64,000 nucleotides of DNA from Tricharina praecox (Eukaryota). The DNA is taken from assembly GCF_024521635.1 (NCBI RefSeq), contig NW_026250435.1:62001-126000 (forward strand). The letters are read 5' to 3'. A program made the position numbers and the translations under genes. Below are positions 33,209-46,387 of this stretch, piece after piece (position 1 is the first letter of the stretch; each line of letters starts with the position of its first letter). A model generated the notes under the pieces. The model was not told the DNA's origin and did no database searches. It saw nothing but the letters and a program-made list of their open reading frames with translations.

Positions 33209-34830
33209 CTAGAGCAAACCGTTCCAGACTGCCATACCCAGCACCACCGCCAACACCACCTCCGAGCGCGCGGTACATCTTTTCGACACCGCACTCTGAT
33301 CCCGTCCCGTTGCCGACTCCCGCTCCCGCGTAAGAACCCACAAATCCCCCGTCGAATCCGCAGTGACAAATACCTGCCCCTCCCTACCGACCGCCACACC
33401 CGCGGGCCGAAAGCACGCATCCGGGCAGCTCCCCAAGTCCTCATTCCACATGACCCTAGTCTCAGGATCCTTCTCGCCGCTCGTCTTCCTCGGCTGCCCA
33501 TCGTCGCTAAAATCGAGCACGGCAACGTGGTATCCCACGGGGTCGTCGCGGTTCCACGAGCCGTGGAACGCCACGAACGCCGAGGTGCTCCCGTTGAACG
33601 CCAGCGACAGCGGCGCCGTGTGCGCGGCAAACGTGAGGCGCGGAGAGCGGAACAGGTCGGAATTGCACGTGGCGTCCGTGGATGTCTCGTTCGGCGCGAG
33701 CGCGAATTGCGAGCCGATGCTGAGTGAGCCGGCGCGCGGGATCGCGGTGGGGTCGTACACGGCCACGCACGAGGGCTGGATACAGTTTAGCGATGTACAG
33801 TTGGTTACGGTACCGCAAACGTTCAAACCGGGCACACATACATAACCGTAATTCGCCGCCTCCTCAGGAATCCCATCCAGACCTCCATGGTAGTTCAACT
33901 CCTCGCCAGGATTATCCCTATGAAAATCCACTCCGTACCTGGTTACCTGGTCCGCCGAGTTCTCCACGCTCCAAATCCCGCCGTCGGCCGGATTCTCCGC
34001 CACGCCGACCGAGTTCCGCAGGCCCCATCCGAGCACGACGCCATCGCGCGTATAGTCCGCCGGCTTCCCCGTGCCAATCGCCGTGGTGTTGAACACCTTT
34101 ATCATCGACCGCCCGCTGGCGAGCGACGTCGTGCCCGCGTCGAGGTTGCTGTTGGACCCCCGCGAGATGAGCAGAAGGTCGGCGTGCCGAGAGGGAACGA
34201 GCAGCGTTCGGGTTATGTGCCCCGCGGAGGACATGCCCGAGACTAGCTCCCGACGGTTCGTGGCGGCAAGGCGCGAGCTGTCATAGCTCCAGGAGAAGGC
34301 GGAGCCGGAAGTGGACGCATAGCTGTAGTTATGGAACTGGGTCAGTCCACACTTGCACTCTGCACTGCGGCAGCCGATCGGATACGGTATGTACATACAG
34401 TGTTTTCCCGTCCGGCGAGAGCGCCAGTCCGTGGTTGAAATGATCGCCCTGTAGAGAAAGGACGCCGCTCGTCAGCGCCTCCGATTACCCCACTCTCGCT
34501 AGGGGGGGAGGAGAGCTAACTAACCGTCCCATCACTCGCCACGACCACAACCGTCCTCTCGACGCCGCACCCCGCCGCGTCAAGGACCAACCCCACCACG
34601 CCTTGCTCTGACCCCGAAACCAGCAGCTGTCCACGGTCGTCGATGACTACGCTCCTCGGACGCGACAGGCCTGATGCGATACGATGAGCAGTGTATCCCG
34701 CAGCGACGGCGGGCGTAGCGTACGCCAATGGTGCCGTATTCGCCGACGGACAAGCAGACCGCTGTGCAGCGCAGAGTGCCGTGCCGAAAAGAAGCAGCAG
34801 CAGGAGGAGGGGGAGTGGTGAAAGAGCCAT
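33209..34830 (-). CDS. Secreted PQQ-dependent glucose/sorbosone dehydrogenase (AA12-like beta-propeller)
   Basis: Signal peptide MALSPLPLLLLLLLFG; GHITRTL, GWGLRNSVG, WSVENSAD, NPGEELNYHG, HTAPL, FHGSWNR, CFRPAG; about 3 introns; hydrophobic C-terminus. Confidence 0.88.
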
Positions 34831-36874
34831 GAATCCCGTCGCGATGTGGAGCGTGGCATGTAGCAATCATACCGCTGCCAGGCCAGGCCGTGGCATTCGT
34901 CATGCTGTGAAAGCGCATGCAGCTTTGTCTCGTCTTGTCTTGGTACTCTACTCCAATCGCATTACAACCTGATTCGTGGAGTACGGTAGCCAGTATTTAG
35001 CCGGGATACGTGCTGCGATCACCATTCCCACCATAGCACTCGGTTTTGTAAAACATTGAGCACTCGCTTGTGGTGCTTACTTCAGTCGGCACATGGGTGT
35101 GTGGAGGCTGGAGAGCCAGATTCTGTTATTATGATGTGCCACTGAGGCGTCTCGGACAGATAAATCAAGATGGAGAAAACACCGGTATATTAAAGCAGTG
35201 ACGAAAGTCGGTACGGTTTTTTGGCGGGGATCTGGCACACTATATCACTCGCTCGATCGGTGATTGCACACGATGCGAGAATCTAAACAAGGCAGGCGGA
35301 GGGGAGGAGAGCACTCAGGTTGAGGAGCTGGGATCACTCCCGCTGTTCTTCCGCACACCTCCTTCATGGAATCTCCTAACTCTTCATCACGGGGCCAGGT
35401 GGAGTCAGGAGCGGAGTTTGTCGTTTTATAGTGTTATTTGCTTAGTGCGCTCTACATGCATTGAGTGGACAAGCCAAGGGGAGCCACATCGAGCCGCTTG
35501 ACGAGAGTTCAATATCTAAGTACCTAGTCATTGGGATTGCCAAAACTGCCGAAACGAGTAAGACGACGGTTGCGAGGGTGAACTGGATTATCGGTTTCCT
35601 ATCGGTGTGGGCCCTGGGTGGGTCATGCACAGATCAGTTCCGTGACGTTCTGGTACCTCTCTTCAGGTAAACTCAAGAGCAGTCAATGACTATTGCCCGA
35701 AAATGAAAGGCACAGTCATTGGAGGCGAGATGACTACATATCAATAAGCATAACATCGACTACGTCAACAAAAGGACATAGTAAAGCACAAAGTCAACAA
35801 TGGAAAAAGTATCGCTCCGATGACGCGAATCCGTCAGAGACCTCCGTCCAACCCATCTTTTAATTCCCCCGGAGGTCCTCTGAAGACGCAATGTCTATTC
35901 CCACGCTGAAGCATGCAGACTATAATAAACCCTTCTGTCAGCAAACACTGCTATTCGATCTCACAGCGCTATCGTGGGCGTACCCGTTCCGCGTCCAAAC
36001 ACCACATCGATCCGCAGCCTACTAGAAGCCACGGCCACTGCCCGCTCTTCTTCTCTTCAGCTCTCCCGTAAACGTTTTTCCGTTCAACAAGAGAAGCAGG
36101 GTGTGCAGCGGAACCACCCAAGACGCCAACGACGGGCACTGAACGTCGAGCAGGCATTGCCCGGCCACCCAGCTCAAGCAGCCCAGATTCGTAACCGCCG
36201 CGGCACCGGTCGTTAAGATCAGAGCCAGATTGAGAAGCCCTGGCGAGTCCTCCGTCACTCCGCCTTTCTCCTGTATCCCGCTCTCGCACGCCTCTAGTGT
36301 ACCGGTAGACAGCGACTTGGTCTCGTCCATCGCAATTGTTGCGCTTCGTTTCCGTCCGGTATGGTAGACAAGTTACCGGTGTTGTCGCTGCGCTCAATAA
36401 TATTTCCACTCCGTTTTCTTTGCGTTGATGAGTCGAAGACTTTTAGCTGCACAGTGCACACGCAGAGTCGGCAGGGGATCCTCCTGCTATTTATTCGCAA
36501 AAACGTTCATTGCGCCCCAGAGAATGTGAGATGGGTGGCAGTGTGGTCGGACAAGGTGTAATAGTGCTGCTGCGGTGCATCTCGTTTATACAGGGACCTT
36601 GCCGGTTGGTGGTCGGTCCACGTCAGCCGGGCCAGGTGTCTCCATCCAGTGTGCATGGTTGGTTTGCGTTGTGGCTGTTGCAGCAACAACTGACCTAGAA
36701 GGGTTGCATCGGTGACGGCTGATTCGCTGAGGCCAGCAGCCACACAGAATCCGGAAGGCACTGGTGGGGGACTCAGCTTGCAAGTGTAGAAGACCACCGC
36801 CATGGACCTCATGCGGAGTGGCATCAAAACGCTTGGCATCAGGACCGCAGCGTAGCACAGAGCACTTAACCAAT

Positions 36875-36946
36875 GGTTCTATAGTGTAATGGTTAGCACG
36901 TCGGATTCTGATTCCGGCAATCCCGGTTCGACTCCGGGTAGGACCT
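36875..36946 (+). tRNA. tRNA-Gln(CTG), intronless
   Basis: GGTTCTA/TAGGACC acceptor stem, TAGTGTAATGG A box, anticodon loop TTCTGAT, GGTTCGACTCC T loop, followed by a T7 terminator. Confidence 0.97.
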
Positions 36947-38425
36947 TGTTTTTTTCTTATTTATTGTGCATCGGTCCTTCCTGTTGTTTTTGTTATCAAG
37001 TGCTACCGCTCCGTAAATCCAGTAGTGATTGATACTAAGACTTGCAATGTAACCCCTGCGTTACTGTTCCCGGGTGGGAGACACCATAGAATCTGGCTAA
37101 TTTATTGGAGATAACTTTCTTCGAAAAGAAGCTTGCTTGCGTGCATGCCGAATGGCACCGCACTCGAATCGGAAACGATCTCAATCTGCGTTTGTATAGG
37201 TATATATTCTCTGATCTCACCAGTGTGGAGTACGTCAGGTATCCTCTAGGCAAATTGGGGTGCCTCGAAAGGAAGAGAAGGTGTTGAGACCGCCTACTGG
37301 TACTCCCGAAACGCGATACTAGATAGAAGTACTGAAGCCCAAGATTGTGGTTTTTCCTGAGCATCAAGGACATAGTTAAGCCGGTGCCACTCGAGTTAGG
37401 AAGCCTTCCAACTAAACTCAAGCTGGCCCGTGGGTAAGGTAAGGGAGGCTGCTTATTTACATCGTATCGTCTGTATGGAAGGCCAGCACGACTGTTCAAC
37501 TGGAATTTCAATCCGAAGGCCTTTATTCGTGTCGGTAGCTGCTATGTTCGTGCAGCGGTTAATTCATCATGAGGGTTGCAGATGTTTCAGTAGCCCATCG
37601 CCGTGGATTGGTAAAAGCACATTCCCATATTCAGCTGAAGAGACACTACAAAGCATTCCAGATACACTTGCCACATCGCCGACAAGCACCTGGCCGCCCC
37701 TTTGGCCTCGTTGGCCAATTTACCGGAACACCAAACAACGGTTTATTATATCGGCACAATTGTTCAGCACCAGAAACCACCCATTTCATCCAGATCACCT
37801 TTAGCCCAATTCGCACCTGGAGAGCATTCTTCCGTACGTATGGCTCCAAGATTATGTCCTGTCGTCGCATCTTTCCCCATCCACTAATAATCGATAGTTC
37901 AAACACCGCGATGGGGACGGCTTTGTTAGTCGTCGACAAAGCCTGGCGTTCTACTGCATCAGATGTGCTTCTAGATATCTATGTGCATACGGCCAGCGAA
38001 TATCTTTGCGTTCAGAGACCGTTTACTAGGTTTCATTCCAACGCGTACATGTTGCTTACTGCAATCAAGCGCAGCCTCCCAACTGTCTCACGTTGCTGCA
38101 CGCTGGTCTTTCAACTTCTTAGCTACCGCTTTGCGTGAGACTGAACGACTACCTATCGCTGACGCTGGCGAATTGAGCCTTGGGTGATTCCCCTGCCTAC
38201 ATACTAGTGATTTCAACTCTATGTATTTTTCAGCTAACTTCCGATCGCCACAAATGATGTTCTGAACTGTTGCCGTGTGCTGATTCGGAAGAAAAAGAAA
38301 CCGACGTAGGAACCGGTGATAGCTATAATAAATGGTCCCCGGTGGAGCATCGGATCCAGCCCTTTCGACAATTCAGGTCCGTCAAAAATTCTCCAACCAA
38401 CTGCTGCGATACCGAGCATACCATC

Positions 38426-39637
38426 ATGGATTCTACTATCCTCTTTGTACTCTCTGTTACTCTCACTCCCGCTTTTGGAAGTCCTGTCGGTACCATTCCC
38501 GACTCCTCCGTCACCGGCTCAGGAACCATCGAAACCGAGCCGGGCTATGTTCCGAATCCTTCGGGCCGTGGAACCATCGGCCTTCTCTTAACCGCCGTCA
38601 TCACCTTAACGCTTTGCTGCTACACCTCGATCCATCTCAACATTGCGCCTGAGAAGTACTACTGCGCGTTCATTCCAAACACCTTTGTCTACAAAGTCAA
38701 TTGGGTGTTTCTCACGTTGTGCGGGCCGGAGTATGTCGTGATCAAAGCCTGGGATCAGTTCGTAAATGCGGTATGGCTACGCGAGGAGCTGCGAAATATA
38801 CACGAGCAGGCAACAAAAAATCTTTAGCAACCACGAATACCGCCTCGTCACAGTCACACCCCGAGCAGCACGAGATCAACCTCTCGGAAACTACGGCACC
38901 TGATAGATCTTGACCAACCGCTGGCCCCTTGTTATCAACACCCGACCTCGAGAAGCACCAGGCGGAATGTGCAATTTCAGAAACCCCGGTAAACGCCAAC
39001 GTCAATCGGCCGCTTAGGGCCCTATATACTCTACTGAAGGAGACGAATTTGGATTACCCAAAATTCCATTACCTTCGGAAATTCATTAAAGACACATGGA
39101 AGCCCAGGAAGGACTGTCCCTACTCCATAACTACCGCCTTCTTTATTCTCATGGGTGGGGTTTCCGTCGACGTTGGGAGCCTGACGAAGGAGGATGACAA
39201 GCTACGGGAAATCGAGTGGATCGCGTTGTCACCTAATGGATTCCTCAAGATGGCGAGACTGAGGCTCATCGACGTGCACAAACTGAGCCTCGAGCCAGAA
39301 ATCCTTGACCGCAGCAGAGAATATCAAGTGTCGTGATTATGGCGTTGTTTCCAACGGTGATTATCATGTTTTTTTTTGGAACGAATCGATTCATAGGCGC
39401 CTGATGAAAAATGCGGACGGCAAGCCGTTGACAAGAAGACTGGTATTACACTTTGGAGTTGTCGATTGGTGTTTTTTTCTTCGTGCTATATTTCCTTTCC
39501 TTATACTTCTCGCGGCCCTGCCTCTGATTTTTTTTCTTAGAATCTTCATAGTGGTGGAATCTTTTATTAGTGTTCGCAGTCTCCCCGTTGGTTCTTATGC
39601 TTCCGTTGTCTGGACGGATTTTTGGCCGCATATCTGA
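38426..39637 (+). pseudogene. Disrupted member of an uncharacterised fungal multi-pass membrane protein family
   Basis: Family-like motifs YVPNPSGRGTIGLL..CCYTSIHLNI, PEYVV..AWDQ, AFFILMGG, RIFIVVESFISVRSLP..W..FWPHI; stops at 38825-38827 and ~38910; frame change after ILDRS. Confidence 0.7.
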
Positions 39638-40695
39638 GTCGGTTTCTTTTTCTCGAACATGTTCGATCGCACGAGGCTGGATGATGGGTGTCTAGGACTG
39701 GGCAGTGTTGGGTTTTACATATGTCTACAGAGCGCAAGTACACAGCTGGGGAGGTGGCAGAAAGGATTGGGACAAGGTTGAATGAAAGCACTGGCACAAT
39801 GAGTCAACCTTGACTATCACGATCACGTTTCGAATCGCTGCCACACGTTCTGCTTACTGTCCGGCGGTGATTACTGGTCAACCTGCAGCGCATGAGCCCC
39901 GCCAACCGCAATGTGACGAATGACTGATCCTCCTGGCCAATGAATATACACAGGCATGCTTCAACAGACCTCCGCAAACGCCGGTGGGGGTTTTTTTTCC
40001 TCTTGTCCGCAAACGACGAAGGGTTGGCCGCACAACCCAACGATACGCCACGACGCAGCCTGCACTCATCACTTGGAGGATCGATTCGCCGTGGGAACCA
40101 ATCACCGCCGCGGCCAAGACACTCTGCTACCTAGTGGACTACACGCAAGCAAAAAAAAAAAACCGGCAACCGTCCAACAGCGTTACGGGAAGTGCGAGCA
40201 ACCGCTGGAGGTGGGGCTTCCTCCGTTCTCGCGGAACCAGTGCGTCCCAGTGCGTCCCAGTGCGTCCCATTGCGTTCCGCTCATCCTGACGACGACAACT
40301 CTCCGAGAGACATCGAATAGGTGTCCCGGTGGACAATGCAATCGGGTGTCATGGACTCGCCCACTGCGAACGCGTGCGAGGTCGTGCGCATACGTGCACG
40401 TACTATCACTCGTGCTGGAGTATAATGTACCTATGTACCTACCATGTTGAGCCATTTAATAAAGTGATAGGCCTCATGGCAGCCTTGTATGAGGGCGATT
40501 TTGACACAGCCCTGATGAGAATTTTTTAGTTATATTTGTATTTTTTTTGTTAGTCTTTTCGTAAATATGGCTTAGTCAAGGTTTTCAAATCCCAAGTCAT
40601 ATTGTTGAATAAAGCTTGCTCAATCCTGAGTGCTGTGAAAATTGTTTGCGGCTCGTAAGCCTTCTGCAGCGCCTACCAGCCGTCACGCCTTAGAA

Positions 40696-40933
40696 GCTCA
40701 TAGGGGGTTCGTAAGGATGCTATAAGGAATTTTGACAAATAAGGGTTACTAGAAGTAGGGCTTATACGCTCATAAGGATTCTTGAAATCCTAATGACTTC
40801 TTCTATGACAAGTCTTATGAGCTCATAAGGGTCATAAGGATGCTATCAGCAATTTTGATAAATAAAGGCTAGTGAGGCTTATACGCTCATGAGGATTCTT
40901 AAAATCCGAATGAATTCTTCCGCGACAAGTCCT
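40696..40933. repeat. Diverged ~120-bp tandem duplication (2 units)
   Basis: taaggatgctat..aattttga.aaataa.gg..ggcttatacgctcat.aggattctt.aaatcc.aatga.ttcttc..gacaagtc occurs twice. Confidence 0.8.
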
Positions 40934-41217
40934 CTGTATTTATCTCATGCAATGCTTATCACTTATTGATGGTCTTCACTTACCGATGCTGTTCCTCCGC
41001 CCCCTGATGTATGTACCTACACTACTCTCCTTCCCCGCTCCCGAGTCCGCCGCTCCCAATTCTCATACCCTCCTCTACTCACCATACGGTGTCCTGCTAC
41101 TGCTCCTCGCCGTGGATACTGCACTGGCAGCGAGAGGAGGAGCTGTTAGCAAGAGGATGACGATGCGCCTACCTTGTATGTAAAAACTCGAAAGTGCGGT
41201 TTATTGCCGACTGCCAT

Positions 41218-41971
41218 CAGTGCTCCCGATAGTCCCGTCCGGACGGCAGTCTAGACTAGACAGACTGCATCAGTTCAGTCCAGTCCATAAAATTAGAGGA
41301 CGGTCAGTCCGTCCCAAAGATTTGCCGCCTCGGACTGCAGTCGACTGCAGTCGAGTGACAGACTGCCACTTCCTGAATTTTTTAGATCGAACTATGTGGC
41401 TAGCAGGCATCACTCTTTCAACCTATCACATGTTCTCTTTTGGTGCCATGCCAGCTCTCTGTCGATTTTACCCCACCGTCGTCTGAATAAAGGTATGTAT
41501 GATGGAGGTTTTCCAGCAGGAACCGCCTCCATGCGACTCCATCGAGAATGTCGTACAATACTTGGCGAGTAAATCACATGAACCTCACTGGAAAGATTTC
41601 GCTAGAATGGCCCTCGAGTATTTGAGCATTCCCGCCATGAGAGCAGAGCCGCAACGAGTTCAAAAGCTAGCAACGAGATGGTCTTGTAGCTGCTAAAAAG
41701 GGCGATATCAAGGAGATAGAGACTAATCTCATTGCACTATATGTGCGAGGAGGATCTACAATATCTAGCTGTAGACGTGTACAAAACTTTCATTACTGAT
41801 TTCAAAAATATTCCATTCAAAGTACCAGTCCATCCAGTCGACCGCAGTCTGTCCAGCCCTAACAGTTGCGCAGACTATCCAGTCCAGTCCACGCCTCCAG
41901 CCGGACTGAACCTCTCAGTCCTGTCCGGCGTTTGCCGAAAGACGGACTGGACTGGACTATCGGAGGCACTG
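41218..41971 (+). mobile_element. Non-autonomous hAT deletion derivative, 754 bp, TSD ACTGCCAT
   Basis: TIRs CAGTGCTCCCGATAGTCC / GGACTATCGGAGGCACTG; TSD at 41210-41217 and 41972-41979; interior retains hAT dimerisation motif FARMALEYLSIPAMRAEPQRV. Confidence 0.93.
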
Positions 41972-42597
41972 ACTGCCATTGAGCTTCTGCACTGGGTATA
42001 TAGGTCACTACTACTTTCCAGACCCCATTGCATTGTTGCACTGTTGCACTTTTCACCACCACCACCACCACCACCTGTCCCCTCCGGCCGCAGCTATAGC
42101 CTGGGTGGCGGAAGCCCGGAAGTGTGAACCCTCCCGGCCCAGCACTTTCAGGCACTATGCAGTGATGGAACCAAATCAATCGCTCAAAGTATATCGGGCG
42201 AGTGGGTCACTCTACACAGTCGTGTTCAGACGAAGACTAGAAATTGACCTCCCCAAACCGACGCGCGAACTTCTACTACGAGCGATACTCCATGCGCGCG
42301 TGTAATTCACCAATGGTTCGTCACTTATGTAAGCTGCTTTTTTACCAACGCATTACCTATTCGATGTACCCCATCTGCTTGAAACCTGCCGCATTTGGGC
42401 TGCAATAATAGCGTTTCATCGTCTCGTAGAATTCAGCTAAATTCAAATCAGCCAAAACCTATTACACCCGCACACACTGCACAGCCATCGGTCCGCGTGA
42501 ATAGGTACTTCAACGTCAACACTCTATTCTGGTATCCAACATCGCCCCTTCCCAACCTACAACCCCTCGAAACCCCCACCGCAAAACGCAATCTACA

Positions 42598-44759
42598 CTA
42601 CATAAACACATCCGTGACGCCCTCGGGCCCCAGCTCATTATACTCGACTCTACTCATGAACCCCCTATTGGCGCCCTGATCGACGACAAAGACGACCTTA
42701 GCAGCGACCTGGGCGCCCAGAAACGCTGCCTCATCGAAGCCCGCCTCCTTCCACTCCGGGAAGTAATCCGGCATCTTCGCCAACTTGATGCTCAGCGGGG
42801 TTTGACCATGGGAGCTGTGGCGCTCGGGGTGGTAGTGGTGCTGCACTTGCTGGTGGTGGGTGGTGGCAGCGACCAGGAGCGGATTGGGGCCGCTGGCAGG
42901 CGGCGCGCTGGGGCCAGGGGCCATCGGCGTACTAGCGCCGGTGGCGGTGGGGGTCGGCAGCTCCGAGGAAAAGATGGTGCCGGAGCTCGGCGGGATCAGG
43001 TATTTGGCCGAGATGCTCTGTAGAAGCGCGTCCTTGAAGCCGCGGAGCTTCGCGCCGTTGCCGACGATGATGAGGGAGTCCCAGAGGTCGGCACGCTTGG
43101 AGACCTCTTCGACCCGGGAAATGGAGTCGTACACTGCGTCGGCTATACGACTGAGGATGCCGCATTCGGCAGCTCGGAATCGTTGGTGACCAACGGAAAG
43201 CTCGCGCCAGATTTCGTCCGAGCGGAGTACTACGCCTTCGGCCCGTGCTCGCGTTTCCTGTGCTTGCTTAGAGGTTTCTTGGAAACGTTTTTCGGCCTCC
43301 GGGTCAACTTCGTCCGAGTCGGACGCCGCAGAGGGTTGTGGTGGCTCAGGGACGGCTGCGGCGGTGGTGGGAGAGGGCAACTCTGGGGCTTTGGTGGTTG
43401 TGGGAGAGGATAGGGCGCTGGCGCTAGGCGCTAGCGTTTCGTCCTCTTCGCCGGGAAGCTTCTTATCCATAACCCAGAAGGTACTAACTTCTCTGTCCCG
43501 GTTGGGGAGCTTCCGTTCCGCCTCTCCTTGGAGTGCCTGTTCCCGCTTCGCCAGGAACTCGTGGGTCTTGCCGGACGCAACAATCGCGGCGACGTTGACA
43601 GTTCCGTCTTCTTCGCTGACCAGTGCGTCGGTTTCATCCACCGTACTCTTTGTGATGGCAATATGTGGCATACGGATGCCCAGGGATGTCTCTCCGTCCT
43701 TGCACCCAGGAATCGGCGTACCGAGGGGAAGGATTTCACATATCGGCGACTTCTTGAGTGCTTCGACATGCTCGGGCTTCATATCTGGAAGCAGGGAGCA
43801 CAAGTGCTTCGTCATGGTCTCTCCGCCACACCCGTAGACTGTTTTCCTCGCACGGCGTTGAATCAGGAAGTCGACTACCGGTGTGACATCGGTCTTCTCG
43901 AAGCCAACGTCGATGATGGTAGATGTTGCCAGGCCGTACGCCCACAACGATGTGACCGCCGAGTCCATCAGCGCGAACCCGGGAGTCTTGAGCTTCTCAA
44001 ACATGAACTGCGTAAGGAGCTGCTTATCTTCCAGTGTGAACTCGGGAGGATGGACGAGTAGGATCGGCGTGTGGAATGTGGGATTGACCATTTCGTGCAC
44101 GTAGGTTCTATCCACTGTCAGTTCTTATCGGGAACGGGGGGAGAGGGGGAGGGGGGGAGTAGAGATGGTTACATACAGTAGGGCAAAGAAACAACCCCAA
44201 TCTATGACCCTTCCCTCCTTCATGCACCAGACAGCGCCCTCCTCATCGCCCTCATCCTCGACATAGATCCCGTCACCCATATCCTCACCCATATCCTCAT
44301 CCATATCCTCCTGGGCCGCGGGCTCATCTTTCTTATCGGCACCCTGCCCCGCGGTCGCGGGCGTCCCGCCCTCCTTCGCCTCGCCCTCCTCCTCATCGTC
44401 GTCATCGTCATCATCGCCCTGCTCCGCATCGTCCTCGCCACTCTGCAGCCCCTTCGCCTGCGCCAGCAGATCCTCCTTCTCGCCGTCGCGCGCCTCGCGC
44501 ACCTTCGTGAATATCCACGTGCCCTCGTCGATGCCGGGGAACATCCGCGACGGGAAGCGGAACTTCGGCGGCGTGAACGATTCCGGCAGGCCCAGTTGCG
44601 CAAGTGTGGTTTGTGAGCCGGGTGCGATTATCTACATGCGTGCGAGTGACGGTCGTGTTAGTGGCGCCGGGAAGGAGGGGGAGGAGGGGGAGGGGGAGGG
44701 GGAGCGGCGGTGCTGAGGGGTGCACGGACGAGAATGTGTTCATCGCGGAAGAGTGGCAT
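42598..44759 (-). CDS. arp9: Actin-related protein 9 (RSC/SWI-SNF subunit)
   Basis: MPLFRDEHIL|IIAPGSQTTLAQLGLPESFTP, QFMFEK.KTPGF, IIDVGFEKTDVT, LWDSLIIVGNG, KMPDYFPEWK, FLGAQVAAK; introns ~44729-44632 and ~44176-44108. Confidence 0.9.
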
Positions 44760-45352
44760 TGCGCTAGATGCGGCTCTGGCTGCTGGAGTGATTGGAGAGG
44801 CAAGGGCGTTATTCGTGTGAAGTTCGGGGATTCGCGGTCAAGTGGATTGCTAGATGTTGTTGCGACTGGTGAGTTGACGCGTTTGGTGGGTGGAAAGGGC
44901 CACACAGTGGCTTGGCGGCAACGGAGACAATGCGCTAAGAAAGAAGGTGTCACTCGGATGGAGACAGTTGTCGCCACACCCAACTGAATATGGCTGCTGC
45001 AAGCCAGCAGAAAACTGGGAAAAAAAAGGAACGCAAATTTAACTACCGGCCCGCATCGACGGAACCTGCTCGGAAGCTTCAGCAGCATGCAGGACTGAAT
45101 TGAACGGCAATTGTATTAGAGTAAATGTCGTACGTCTATGACGAGCATCTCCTCTCTATATAGAGCACCGGGCGCACACATAAAATGAATAAAAAAAATT
45201 GGAAATAAATAAATAAACGCCATCCACCAGACACTTATAATCCGTTAAATTAACACCCGATCAGCACACCCCAGCCCCCAAAGCCAAAGCCAAAGCCAAA
45301 AAAAAGCAAACGCCAGGTTAATCTTGTCCCTGCCAAGAAGAAGAGTCGCGAT

Positions 45353-46387
45353 CTACCGGCCCTCGAACGTCCGGCTCCTCGGCAGACCAGTAGACTTGAT
45401 CGGCGGCGTCAGCGGCGGCGTCAACGAAGCCGAGCCCGTTTCCACTTCTGCCTCCGACACCTCCTTGATCCAAGCAGCGACATCTTCGGCCTCGGGGCCC
45501 GTGCCCCACCGCGAAGTAGCCGCGGCATCGAGCCGCAAGCCCACGACCCCCGGATGCCGCTCCTTGGTGGGGACGGTGCGCGGAGATACCATCTCCATGA
45601 CATCCTGTTCGGGCAAAAGCAACTCCGTCTTCTTGGTGGACGGCGCGGACGCGGGTGATTGCGGAATAGTGGGCTTCATCCTCATCGCACGGGACTTGGG
45701 GAGGCCCTCCTGCTGCGTCTTTGATTCCTGCACGTAGAGCTGTGCGGGGGTGAGCGACTTCGAAGGCGCGGGCTCGGCGAGAATCTGTGCCTGTCGGTTC
45801 GGAATATGCAGCTGAAAAGCGCCGCGGCTGCGTTCGAGGGCTTCGAGCATCTCTGAGTTCTCCTTCTGCAGGCGGGCGGTATCGACAGCGCTACGAAGGC
45901 CCTCGACGTCTTCGTTCAACATTTGGAGGCGCTCGTGCATTGCGAGCTCGGTCTGGGCGAGGAGGGCCTCGTAGGCGGCCGTGGTCGTGCCGACTTGCTG
46001 GAAAAGCACCTTTGCGGGGTTTGTGGAGAGGATGGTGGTGCGGGATTCATTGGTGGTCGGGTCGAGGGAGGTGACGATGGTCGGTGCCGAGAGCGGATGG
46101 AGGACGGCCGTGTTCGCAAGGGCCTGTTTGGTCAGGAAGTCCCGCGTCGGGGTGTCGTCCTCTTTCACGTCGGCCATTTCGGAGACGGACGAGGGGTTGG
46201 TCTCAGTTGGAGTGGCAGATGAGGCTGTCGATGCTGATGTGGCTGCTGCAGCCGCGTTATTCGAGTTTGCGAGAGCGATGACAGCGGCGGCAGTGGTCTT
46301 GTAGGATCTCGATAGCGGCAGTCCCGATGGCGATTGCGGTGGAGGGGAATCCGTGTTTGGCGGGGTGGAGCTGCTGTCGAAAAACAT
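45353..46387 (-). CDS. Hypothetical low-complexity protein with a predicted coiled coil (~344 aa)
   Basis: Long ORF with coding-like GC3, ATG at 46387, A-rich 3' region; no recognised motif. Confidence 0.65.
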   Translation of the reverse strand: MFFDSSSTPPNTDSPPPQSPSGLPLSRSYKTTAAAVIALANSNNAAAAATSASTASSATPTETNPSSVSEMADVKEDDTPTRDFLTKQALANTAVLHPLSAPTIVTSLDPTTNESRTTILSTNPAKVLFQQVGTTTAAYEALLAQTELAMHERLQMLNEDVEGLRSAVDTARLQKENSEMLEALERSRGAFQLHIPNRQAQILAEPAPSKSLTPAQLYVQESKTQQEGLPKSRAMRMKPTIPQSPASAPSTKKTELLLPEQDVMEMVSPRTVPTKERHPGVVGLRLDAAATSRWGTGPEAEDVAAWIKEVSEAEVETGSASLTPPLTPPIKSTGLPRSRTFEGR

